NCBI GenBank assembly: GCA_016618385.1
Contig: JABFOP010000159.1
Location: 438,555-502,554, forward strand
Reading direction: 5' to 3'
DNA: 64,000 bases
Source: Nymphon striatum
Lineage: Eukaryota
Shown piece after piece: positions 48,163 through 59,916 of the stretch. The position numbers were made by a program, and so were the translations under genes. The notes under the pieces are model-generated. The model was given only the letters and a program-made list of their open reading frames with translations. It did no database searches and was not told the DNA's origin. Each line of letters starts with the position of its first letter. Positions within the stretch are counted from its first letter, which is position 1.

Positions 48163-50325
48163 GAAATACTATAGAAATCCACAATTTTAATCAATTAATC
48201 GTTAGAAAAAGAAATAAACTCACGACTTAGCTCAATCATTATCACCATTCACTAATAGTATGGCAAAGAATATGGCGGATTTTAAAATCAAATTGTTCGT
48301 AACCAAATTGATCATGGGGAAAGTACTTAGCAACAGTCACGAACCCGTCACATCCCTACCAATTTTACGTCACAGTCATGTTAAAACACAAAGTTAAAAT
48401 TAATAATTAAAGAAATTCTTACCTGGATTCGAATATGAAACATTTCGATGAAGTAAACGCGCGATAGCCTAATCACTGGGCCACCGAGAATATTAATAAT
48501 AGTTAGGTCTAAAATTTCAATTCCGTGACCATTCTCTGGCTAAGATGGTTTGACAATTGATTTGACTTTTTTTTTTGACATGCCGACAGCGACCATCCAC
48601 CAGTTCCCAGCCATGTTCGATTGGTGAGAGATGGTGTTTCAAGGAGGGATTCCGCACAGAATATGCCAGGTAGTTTGCACGAAGGCAGTATTGGCGTAGG
48701 CTATCTGCATCTGGAGAGAGACGTAACTTGTTCTTCATGCTCTTCCACTTTTTGGCGCGGGCCTTATCCATGGTCTTACTCTTGTGGTCGCCGTCGATGG
48801 TATGATATCATGTTGTGTAAACTCGAAGAGATCCTCTACCACCTCTTGATCAAGATCAACGTTGTCCTTCCGCCCTTAGTTAGATGACTTCAGCCAAGAG
48901 GGCAGAATTCCACGAGTCGGGTTAAAAGAAATTTACTACGATGGAAATGCCTTTTGGGGGTTTTTGCTAGAGAGTAATGATGGGGAGGCTGCTGACAACA
49001 GGTTGGCAACATCTTGGCCCGATCGGCTCATAATGAGCCTTAAGCCCATTTTGAAAGTCGGTCTATTGGGTTCAGATTAGGGGAGTGCTTTGCACTGGCT
49101 TAGATGGTCCTAGTCGTTAAATCTGACTTGTTTCTGGGTAACTTGAACTTACTCGAGTGATGTACAGTTAACCCCTTCTCTGTATTAAGGTGCGGACATA
49201 TCGTAGCGGATCGTGCGGATCATATCGTAGCGTTCTCACATTCTGGGGATATCTTAATTCTGGGGTGACGCATAATTCTCCTAAGTACTTTAGTACCTAA
49301 GTACCTAAGTACTTAACTACTTTACATATCCTTTATATCACATAATATCTTTAAAACATTTAAAATAATTAAAAAACAACTTATGGATTCAATTTCCATT
49401 TAAACATTTTTATATGTGACCAAATGACTCAATTCGTAGCATTGGTGTATGGTATAGATTACAATAATCCACGTAAAAATAATCCCATTAATTAAGAGAT
49501 ATTTAACAGTTCTACAAGAAAATATGTTAATATGACATATATTTTGAAATTGGCAATATCAATAACAGTTATGCCTGAAACATATAATATTTAATAAATA
49601 ATTTAACAAACAATTTATCAAATTTCTACATTCATAGTAAAAAGCTTGATCATTCATTCATTCGTATGTGTAACATTTTTTGTCATTTCCCTCGCTTCCC
49701 GATTGGCTTAGAACCATTGATGCATGTTTTCGTCTGCTCTAAGCATTTTCAAAACTGATCAACAAATCAAGGTGAATTAAATACTTCTTTTATTATAATA
49801 AATATTATAAATAATATGAATGTTAGTAAGCCAGTAAAACGTGGCATATAAATAAGTGTGTGTCGGTGTTTAAAAAATTCAATTAATAAACAAAGTACTT
49901 TTAGTGCATAGTATTAGTAGCTTTCAAACCTAGCACATAGCATAGGCGAAAACCGTGATAATTCTTTCGTTTTAACTCATTCAGATTTTCGGTTTAACAT
50001 TCATTCAAAATGTTATAACAAAATGAATTCCCATTTGATATGAGATTTATAAAACTAGCCAACATTGTATTTCAGCATGCTAGTAATAAATTCGTACTCC
50101 TAATGCCAATGCATAGTATTTCGCTAGCATTATCAAGAAACAAAATGGTTGTTCTTTAACTGTGCGCGGAGGAATATTTGATTAATTTTCTTACTTTAAT
50201 CATCAGCTTTCTCTCCAAAGAGAGAGAGAAAGGAATTTATATTACACACATTCACTATTATTAAACCGTAAAAACGCCCATATTATGTGATATAAGGTAA
50301 TACATAATAATAATGATAAAAAGGA

Positions 50326-50333
50326 TAATGATG

Positions 50334-50382
<49 letters not shown>

Positions 50383-50390
50383 AAATAATA
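50326..50390. repeat. (AAT)n microsatellite
   Basis: 'aataataataataat...' is read directly. It generates the spurious poly-Leu ORF 50242-50454. Confidence 0.8.
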
Positions 50391-50503
50391 ATATAAATAA
50401 TAATAATAATAGTGAATATAATAATTGGTAAATGTATCTTATTGTACTTTCCAACTATTTAAATGAATTTCTAAGTATTAATAGAAACAAATAATTGAAT
50501 AAT

Positions 50504-53500
50504 TCAAAGTGCCTTACCTCCTTCTGGTTTCAGACTTTCAATAATCTTACTGACAGAGTAAAGGGATATTTTATTTCCACATTTTGTGCATACAATTTCC
50601 ATGTGATCTTTCCAAGCTATGTAAAATGCATCATGTTTACATTTGTAACAAATGAAGTAACAGTCTTGTCTCAAACCGGGAACAGTTTCGATTGATTCAG
50701 AAATCATCTGGTATATTTCAAAAAGAACGTTCCTAAGTTCTTTTTTGTTCCCTTTTTTTAAGAAGAAAACTTCCATGCTGACACACATTGTTCCATAATC
50801 ACATTCGCTCATTGTTATCATTGCTTTCATACAGTTGAGATGCATAATGATTCCTGCTCGCCATGTAATGGTCAATTGACAGTCATTACAGCTTATAAGA
50901 CCATAAAGTCTAACGATGATTTTAGACATAATTTCTGGGCATGAAGGTATATTTCTAAAACGAATTTCATATTTGAAATAACCCTGTTCTACAGATTCTT
51001 TAAATACTTTAAATTTAGGGTCATTTTTTAAATCTTTCTTTTGATAACATGGGAAAACATATTGTCGTCCTTTCACACAAAATACTTGTTTCGTCCTTGA
51101 ATTTTAATCTATAACAACATTCTATCTTTTCCAAGAAGCCCAAAAGATGCTTTGTTTCCATTTCATTTTGGAGGTAATTTTGGATAAGCACTTCTAGTAT
51201 AAGTTCAGATAAAACTCCTTCCTTAAGTAAATCCAGCATTTTATGTAGTGTTTCCGGATCTATATTCAGTTTATTTGCCTTTTCGTTTAGTGTTTCTAAA
51301 AGACCTTTAGTCAATGAAAATATTTAAAGAAGCTTTTTTCTTTTGAGAACAAAGCTTCCAAATCATGGTGGAAAAGACTTCTAAGGTATGATATAAGAAC
51401 TGCAGGACGATGAAATATGACTTCTTCATGTTCTCTGGGTCGATGACGAATAATTTTTCCAATTTCTTCCAAGTATGTTAAAGTGACTTCCACATCGCTT
51501 AAATTCACTATCTTTGCATAATTGCATGCCATTTCTTTTGAAATATAAAATGAACAACTATTTTCTTTCATAACAATTTCTTCAAATCTATTCCATGAAA
51601 CTGGTGTTCTTCTTAGAATTTTCTGCTCATCAGTCATATAAAATTTTTGAACTATAGTCTTTGAACTTTTTAACGCTGATATGCTTGGTATTCAAGCAAT
51701 TAATTGGTAGAACGTCTATAATTACTGGCATTAACATTTTGGATGGTCCTACACATTTCTTTATTTCTATATACTCATTCCATCTAAATTTTAACCAATT
51801 AGTTCTTATTTCAAGTATGTTTACATCAATCTTGTCAACATGCGATGCCAGTATTATAACGTGTGCATTTGAAACGTAAGAAGTCAACATATCACACCAC
51901 CTACCAACCTGAGTATGAAAAGACTGTTTTGAAAAAATGGATATGTCCACAACTAGTATGTAGATAGAATTTTGTGAAAAGAAGAGGCAATGTGTTGATT
52001 CGTAGATATCCTGTCCAGCTAGATCGTAGAAGTTTCATTTTCATTTGGATCTCCGACAAATACACTTCATAATATTCAACCTACTCGTGTTCTTTCGGGT
52101 GATCTCGTGACATGGCCGAGCATGATGTTATGCATGAAAGTTGTCTTGCCTGACAGGCTTTCGCCCAGCATGACAATTCTAGCTTCAGGTTCTTTGTAGA
52201 TTATTTCATATGAATCATGTAAGTATTTTTTAATACCATGAAGTCCCAAGTTTAAAATACTCTCTTGTGGATAGATAAAAGGATTCCCTTTATACAAAAA
52301 ATCATGGACGCTATCTGGAACAGCTTCAAAGCAAAAATGTTTCATTTTATTCTTTGAAATGTCTAAAGATATTAACGATTTCTGTGATAACAACTGATTC
52401 AATGTTGTCGATCTGAAGTATAGCGTTCTGCTGCAGTGATAAGAATTTCAACAATTTCAAACCAAATATTTTATGTGATACACTGTTTATTCTATTATTG
52501 GAAACATCAATGATTTCCAGAAGATTTAAATTATAGATACACTCTGGAATTTTATCAATTTGATTTTGGCTTAGATTTATTTGTTCGAGGTTTTTCAGAG
52601 AATTAAATAAGGCCTCTGATAGATTAGTGAGCCCAGTTTTACTCATATCCAAAACTTTGAGATTTGGCAAGTCCACATTACATTGTTCTAAATTTGGGAG
52701 ATAACAACACGACAAATTTAATTCTGTTAAATTTTTCATTCGAAAAATATACCCAGGAACATTATAATAATTACTTCCTCTTAGAGAAAATGTTTTCAGT
52801 CTGGTTAAATTAGTTGGAGGAGGACCAGCAATGTTTAACATATGATTAGCATCGACGTTAAATATCATATCCTGCATCGACAGGTTCTCAACAATTTCCA
52901 TTAAATTGGTACAACCTGCCAATTTTAACTTATTTCCAGACAAATTAACGTACTTTAAGCTATCAGGAAATATAATACTTGAAATTGAGTCAATGATATT
53001 GTGATCTGCACATAAATTAGTTAAGTTTTTTAATTCAGATATTTCATCTGGAATAATTTTGATTGAATTTCTTGATATGTACAAATTTTGAAGCTTTTCC
53101 ATGTATTTTATATTGGAAGGAAGCTTTTCGATCATATTTTTTGATAGATCTAAGTGAAACATTTTCGTTAACTTGAACAGATCATTAGGAATTTGCTCCA
53201 ATCTATTATCATATGCAATAAGCTCTTGCATATCTTTCATATTTAATAAAGTTTCAGGTAGATGTTCTAGATTGCAACATGAAATGTTTAAGTGCGTGAT
53301 TCTAAATAAGCTAGGCGAGGTAAAATGATGGCTTTGCATGAGAAGGGTTTGAACAGGTGAATTATAACGTAATCCGATATATGTAAAAGATTGGTCGAAT
53401 GCTATATCAGAAAATATTAAATTATTTGAAACATCTAATTTCTTTAAATTTGGCATTCTAAGAAACTTATCAATAAGTAAAACAAGTCTACACCCTGCCA

Positions 53501-53874
53501 TGTTCAGCTCCTCAACTTGTTGGAAACTTAAGACAATCGATGCATCATCATTTACTGCATTTCCTTTGAAACAGATATGTATACTTTTAGTCAGGAACTC
53601 AAATGATGATAAATACGGTTTGAATGTTGGATGATCGCTATTACAAAATTCGACAAAGTCACTTGCTTCGTATAGTGAAGAAATGTTTTTCCAAATCTCT
53701 TTACAACGTTCTGATGCATACGCCTCTGAGATATTTAACTTTTCTTCAGTCGATTGTGAATATCTTTCCAATTTTATGTTCATAGAAATTACATTTGTTA
53801 TTTGAGACCTCTTGTTCAAATTTTTTCACTTCTTTTACGAATGTTTTGCTGAAAAAATACGTCCATATTGACAT
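50504..53874 (-). pseudogene. ROCO-family gene copy B (LRR / Roc GTPase / COR), more complete but frameshifted
   Basis: LRR ORF 52347-53819 has about 15 LxxLxLxxNxIxxLP repeats. Roc P-loop 'RIVMLGESLSGKTTF' is present. Switch-II 'FYDLAGQDIYES' is present only in a shifted frame. 'VGRWCDMLTSYVSNAHVIILASHVDKI' follows. COR-like ORFs lie at 50504-51637. Probable ATG is at 53872-53874 ('MSIWTYFFSKTFVKEVKKFEQE'), followed by a 1-bp insertion that creates a TGA. Confidence 0.6.
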
Positions 53875-54505
53875 CTTAAGAGTATTTTATGGTACTAAAT
53901 AACATTAGAAGATTTTAATTGATGATAATGTTGGTGTCAAATTATATCACATATCACAAAAAAGATAGCGAAACTTCCACACGTAGATAAAAAGCACAGT
54001 ATTTGAAATGTGTGAATGTCACTATTTCATTCTAGCCGATAGAAATCAAGACTCAAAAGAAGCCCTTGTCATTTGAAGGAGAAGCATACTGCTGTCAATC
54101 GAAATTCATAAATTATTGAAAACGATAATGGAATTCAATGGACACATTTGATACTTACTTTGTATCAGCTGATAAACCTTGAAATAATCACTAAATCAAA
54201 GTATATGTGAACTTTTATATAGAAAACGAATACGGAATTATAGTCCAACAAAAGAGATTTTCATACACATTAGATGTAATGTTAACAGATAGGGTGAAGA
54301 CATATTAAAAATATAAGTGTCTCGACAATAGTTGTTGTAAGTATACTATCTGGATCATGTTGACATATGTTGTGTATTTTAACATAAAATGAAATAAACA
54401 CACATACACTCGTACGTATGCATATTTAAATATACAGATAATTGAAGGATAGGAATAAAACATTATCTAATTCACGGCTGTTTGACGCTCCATTGAAATG
54501 TCCTC

Positions 54506-55013
54506 ATTAATGGGATACCTTGTTAAATGATGAGTGTACAGATGGCGCTAGCGACGCAAGGAGGTTCAGCCTCTGATAATTTAACGCTGTGTTGTGCTAG
54601 CGATACTGAGTTTATGTGTGTTTTTGTCCATTACACATCATGCCAACCGAATGTCGCGTGCATATGTGCAAGAACAGGTCTGTCCATTTATTTCCATGGT
54701 CAACCCATGCACGATTTCAATCGTGGAAGGTGGCAATTAATTAATTAAGAAAGAGAAGTGGCTACCTACCAATTTATCAGGTCTCTCGGACACAAGTGAA
54801 AATATTTGTGAGGTTTTATTATAATTATAATGTGATTATAATTAATAATAATATAATTATAATTAGGTTAGGTTTTATTATAAATTATAACATAACCTAA
54901 TCTAATTAAGATTTGTCCGAGAGACTTAAAAGAACCTTACTTAAAAATTTAAAAATTAAAAGAACCTACTTGCAGCCACAACGCCACCAGGATTTTTAGT
55001 TCCAAAGTACCCT
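54506..55013 (+). mobile_element. MITE family C copy 3 (66 bp from the 5' flank of ROCO copy B), with an AT-rich palindromic internal segment
   Basis: Ends 'attaatgggataccttgttaaatgatgag' and 'gatttttagttccaaagtaccc'. Internal palindrome at 54785-54925. Confidence 0.55.
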
Positions 55014-55126
55014 ACTTATTCATGTATTTTACTATTTTTTTCTTATATTTTTTACCAATTTATATTTTAGTTTATTATTAACTTAATTAATTCTAAAACT
55101 ACGTAGGTCCTCAAATAAATAGAGGA

Positions 55127-55722
55127 TATAGATGACTTCCAAAACTGGCGCCTTCTACAGAGAAAAATACAGCACTATTGCATCATTAGGAGTAGAAAAC
55201 TCAGTTTAAGCAGCTAGCTATACAAGGTGACTCAGAATTAACTATCTATTTCAATGAAATTGAAGAAATCTTTAAAAAAGACACTTTTATTTATGTTTAT
55301 CATGTTTAATATGTGTTAAAAATGTATAAATTTTAAAAATTTTAAATAATTTTATGAAGTTTTCAATTTTTTAATTTTTTTCATAATTTTATTTTCATAA
55401 TTTTTTCATAGTTTTCATAGTTTTCATAGGTGGTTAATGTCAATTTTCGGGAAACTTGCTTGCGGGACAGATACGAATTTAGTTGTTAAAATAGGCATAT
55501 TATACTTTACCTTGACTATAACGCTTCTAGATAGTCTTCACTGTGATTGTGTGAATTTTGGTAGAAATGGTGACATTATTTCTGTGTTTATTTTGTAATT
55601 TAAATGTTGTTGATTTTTGTTGGCTATTGATCGAGTACTGTGTGTCGATACGACTTATGCTTGAATTTTTCTCCTAGTGACGTCATTCCCTGTAGAGGGC
55701 GCCAGTTTCGGAAGTCATCTAT
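55127..55722. mobile_element. About 600-bp MITE with 33-bp TIRs (TATAGATGACTTCCAAAACTGGCGCC)
   Basis: 'atagatgacttccaaaactggcgccttctacag' at 55128 is the reverse complement of 'ctgtagagggcgccagtttcggaagtcatctat' at 55689. Confidence 0.55.
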
Positions 55723-55744
55723 AGAATGAAATTTCCTTTTTATT

Positions 55745-56190
55745 TTAGGTGAAATTTCCTTTTTATTTTAGAATTTAATTATTTGGATTTCTACACTGTT
55801 TGCCTTTACTACAACTACAAAATGTCACACATGTTATGTTCCTTTCTCTGCAAGTGCACGTTTTGATACTCATACATGATGTTGGGCATTTGCATGGAGA
55901 GGGCAGGTCATCGGGCCTACACGATACTGGCAGTAACTGGTGCTATGCCAACATCCGTTGCTTCATATCCATACTGGAGTGGATCTGGTTTGGTGACTGC
56001 TGGAGTTGGAGCTTGCTACCACATTTTACACTGCAGATATGATCGCTTTATGTGTTCTCGTAGCGTTGATGCTATGAGCAACACACAAGCTGGTTGAAGT
56101 CAAGCTCTTGTTTGGAGTTGTGGTACTGCTCCCATCGATATTCATCGAAAGTTGAACAGTCGGTCTTCTTTAATCCAGACACAAGGAACT
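55745..56190. repeat. Left arm of a large inverted duplication (partner at 56760-57195)
   Basis: 55801-56190 is the reverse complement of 56760-57150 at about 93% identity. The flanks 55745-55800 and 57151-57195 are also inverted matches. Confidence 0.7.
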
Positions 56191-57150
56191 TTTCAGCATT
56201 GTTTGTTATCTCTGGTGACAGTTCTTCTACACCAAATACTTCCAGTAGTGAGATATCCATGGATGTTCTCAGGCCAGACAGCTTTGGACCCACCTTGCTG
56301 GTACTGTCGCAACCACTGAGAGTATGAATGGCTGGGAGACACGACACCAAACTGTTGTCAAGTTGATCAACCAACAGGTAGACTGGAACAGTTTTCTTTG
56401 TTTTCCGGTTACCAAGCTTCACGTACAGCTTTTGTAGTTGCCAGGATTTGTTGAAGTAGAAGATGAGGTTAACAAAGACATCTGTGTCAGGTGAGTCAAC
56501 CAAGACTGATTGGACCCCGTGTTTCACAGCACCATCGTTAATATGGAACATGATTCTGTCGTCGGCTTCTTCTTGGTTGCTTGCGAGCTCTGCGATCTGT
56601 GTTTCAGTGCCAGCCTAACAGTTTCCTGCATTCTCTCCCCATATACTCCTCCAAAGAAGATCTCTTTGTTCGACTCGACATTCTGCAGCATCCATTTGAA
56701 GACATACTCCTGCAACCGAACTTTGTTCAACGTTGAGCTCCAGAACATATCAAGATCGACAGGGTTCCTTGTGTCTGGATTAAAGAAGACCGACTGTTCA
56801 ACTTTCGATGAATATCGATGGAAGCAGTACCACAACTCCAAACAAGAGCTGGACTTCAACCAGCTTGTGTGTTGCTCATCAACGCTACGAGAACACATAA
56901 AGCGAGCATATCTGCAGTGTAAGATGTGGTAGCAAGCCCCAACTCCTGCAGTCACCAAACCAGATCCACTCCAGTATGGATATGAAGCAACGGATATTGG
57001 CATAGTACCAGTGATACTGCCAGTATCGTGTAGGCCCGATGACCTGCCCCCTCCATGCAAATGCCCAACATCATGTATGAGTATCAAAACGTGCACTTGC
57101 AGAGAAAGGAACATAACATGTGTGACGTTTTGTGGTTTTAGTAAAGGCAA
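56072..57150 (-). pseudogene. Second member of the FEN-like/H3TH family, frameshifted, embedded in about 450-bp inverted duplication arms
   Basis: Minus-strand 'QIAELASNQEEADDRIMFHINDGAVKHGVQSVLVDSPDTDVFVNLIFYF...CLPAIHTLSGCDSTSKVGPKLSGL' parallels 'NHEEADTRIFAHIA...VIQATDTDIIFLAMYHF...ILSGCDSVSYPFKRGKK' of the 59845 ORF. There is a frame break near 56540. Confidence 0.5.
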
Positions 57151-57224
57151 AAAGTATAAAAATCCAAATAATTAAATTCTAAAATAGGAACAATATGCAA
57201 AAGGTACAACAGGTAATATGATGA

Positions 57225-57760
57225 AGTACACATATGTAGTGCGTAACATGCTGAAATCGGTTTTTGGTAATTATCTTAATTAAAAACCATTGACATTTGG
57301 ATATGAAAATGTATTACTGACTCCATAATGTGGCCATTAATATTAATGTTAATTTAATAAATTTATATCATTTATTACATTTATATTAATTATTTATTAA
57401 TATTAATATTATTAAACATTTTGAGTGGCCGGGCAACCTCCTAGGTCCAACAGTTCTGTAGATACAGTCACGGCAAAAAGGGGGCATATGGCACATAAGC
57501 ACTAAGAATTTGTGACATGCTGAAATGCTGAAATCGGTTTTTGGCCATTATCTTAAAAACCATTGACATTTGGATATGAACATGTATTACTGACCCCCCA
57601 TAATGTGGCCATTGCGCACATTTTGAGTGGTCGGGCAACCTCCTAGGTCCAACGGTTCTGTAGATACAGTCATGGCAAAAAAAAGGGTATGACCCAAAAA
57701 GGGGTGTGGCCATTTCAGCTATTTCGCCGTCAGTGGGAAATGTGTCACCAATCAAATATT
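57225..57760. repeat. Tandem duplication of an about 270-bp unit
   Basis: 'catgctgaaatcggtttttgg..attatcttaa...ccattgacatttggatatgaa.atgtattactgac...gagtgg.cgggcaacctcctaggtccaac.gttctgtagatacagtca.ggcaaaaa' occurs twice. Confidence 0.6.
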
Positions 57761-57834
57761 GTTCCTGGACCTTCAATTAGTGGATTTTTGAAAAGTTTAG
57801 CTCTGGACATAAAGTTGCATACAAAACCACCATG

Positions 57835-58701
57835 AGCTACTCTAGTATATGAGTGTCTTGAAGCGCTATTCCAAAATGTTGGCGTGTTATAGCCATTCTT
57901 ATATCATGTACCAAAATGAAGGTTTTCACTTGAATTTCATTTGTCATTAGATTAAAAAGTCAATTGTGAGTTGGCTATTGATCGTAATCGAATTTTGATT
58001 GTAAGCAGGTTATAGAGCTTGAAGTAAGGAAGACAACAATGTGCGTCTTGAAATCAAGTTCCAAAATTTGGGGGAGTTATAGCCATTCTTAGATCATGTA
58101 CCAAAAATAATTTTTTCGTTTGAATCTAATTTGTCATTCGATTAAAATGTCGATTGTGAGTCGCCTATTGATCGTAATCGAATTTGGATTGAGGGCAACT
58201 TATAGAGCTTGAAGTAAAGAAGACAACTATGAGTGTCTTGAAGCGCTATTCCAAAATGTTGGCGTGTTATAGCCATTCTTATATCATGTACCAAAATGAA
58301 GGTTTTCACTTGAATTTCATTTGTCATTAGATTAAAAAAGTCAATTGCGAGTTGGCTATTGATCGTAATCGAATTTTGATTGTAAGCAGGTTATAGAGCT
58401 TGAAGTAAGGAAGACAACAATGTGCGTCTTGAAATCAAATTCTAAAATTTGGGGGAGTTATAGCCATTCTTAGATCATGTACCAAAAATAATTTTTTCGT
58501 TTGAATCTAATTTGTCATTCGATTAAAAAGTCGATTGTGAGTCGCCTATTGATTGTAATCGAATTTAAATTTGACACATGTTATAGAGTTTGAAGTAAGG
58601 AATACAACTATGTGCGTCTAAAAACGCTATTCTAAAATTTAGTGCGTTATAGCCATTCTTAGATCATGTACCAAAATGAAGGTTTTCGCTTAAATTTCAT
58701 T
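57835..58701. repeat. Satellite array (same 185-bp family as 18020-19768), truncated by an insertion
   Basis: Monomers 'ttatagccattcttagatcatgtaccaaaa...gtcgattgtgagtcgcctattgatcgtaatcgaatt'. The array stops at '...aaatttcatta' at 58701. Confidence 0.7.
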
Positions 58702-59385
58702 AGGCCAAACAAAAAAAAGGCTGTGTTTCCGGTAACGGTCTTGACAGACGGGAGGGTCGGTAGGTCGGTTTTATTTTTTTTTTTATTTATTATTTTTTTT
58801 TTTTATATAAAAATTATAAAAGTTAATAATATTAACTTTTATAATTTTTATATTAATTTTTTATTTAATATTTTTTATTTTATTCCCTTCACCCACCAAT
58901 TATACCATTTACTTCATTTGAAGGGCTATCTACATTTGATTCAAAGAAATACAAGTGTTTAAATCATTTAATTTAGACAAACATCATAGAGAAAAGAGAA
59001 GAATAAAAATCCAATTAACACTTAGCTTAATATATCCAGATTTTCACACCCAGAATATGTTCTTTGCATCTCTCTAATGTTTTTGGGAAAGTAATGCCCC
59101 GATTGAACTTCAATTACTGGCATGAATGTCACTTTAACTTTTCATAAATTAATAAAAAATCACCAAAATCCGGCATTTGACTATATATCCCATAATAAAG
59201 AGGTGAATGCAACAAATTACCACTCATTCTTTTTGTTATAAGCTTGGCTCTTATATGAAACAAGATTCAATGCAATTGGACCATCCATGAGGTCACCAGA
59301 GGTCAAAAGGTCACGAAAAGTGGGTTAAGCTGAAAATGTAACGCCTTTATCAAATAATTCACATTTTTACTACTTTGTAGTCTTT

Positions 59386-59690
59386 GGAGTCGCGGTGGCT
59401 GAGTGTTTAAGATCGTTATTCTGGGCCTGTAGGACCCAGGTTCGAATCTTATTCGAACCCCGCCACTTTTCACCGTTTTACGTTGTGTATTCTCGTACTT
59501 TCCTCTGATATTAGATGTAAGCTGATTTTAGAGAGAAAATACTCCGTCCCTCGGATAGAACGTTAAATGGAAGTCCCGTGTAAAGGAGAGCCATACCCTC
59601 TACACGTTAAAGAACCCACTTTGCTATTCGAACAAAAGTAGGGTGACAATTCCCGGTGAAGTGGTACACTTTCATTACATCAATTAGGAC
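59386..59690 (+). mobile_element. SINE copy nested in the composite element
   Basis: 'ggagtcgcggtggctgagtgtttaagatcgttattctgggcctgtaggacccaggttcgaatc' head plus conserved core. Confidence 0.6.
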
Positions 59691-59916
59691 CGCAATGGAA
59701 ATAAGTCTTTGGACTTTCTTGCGTCATCTTAGTTGAACATACTGTTTACCTAATAAACTCAAATCAAATCAAAGTAGTTGATGTATCCACATTTTCACAC
59801 CCAAAATATGTTCTTTGCATCCCTCTAATGTTTTTTAACTTTCTTTGCTTTCGTCTCTACTTGAAAGTGTTAGAACTGCATTTGAGAGGAAAGAGAAGGG
59901 CGAATCTGCTGCACTC

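Noticed and set aside
50242-50454. Poly-leucine ORF
   Set aside because: It is the translation of the (AAT)n microsatellite.
52347-52402. A 32-bp GT...AG mini-intron that would join the LRR and Roc reading frames of the ROCO copies
   Set aside because: The only GT...AG pair ('gttgttatcacagaaatcgttaatatctttag') leaves the downstream exon out of frame. The frame break is therefore a shared ancestral indel or assembly error, not an intron.
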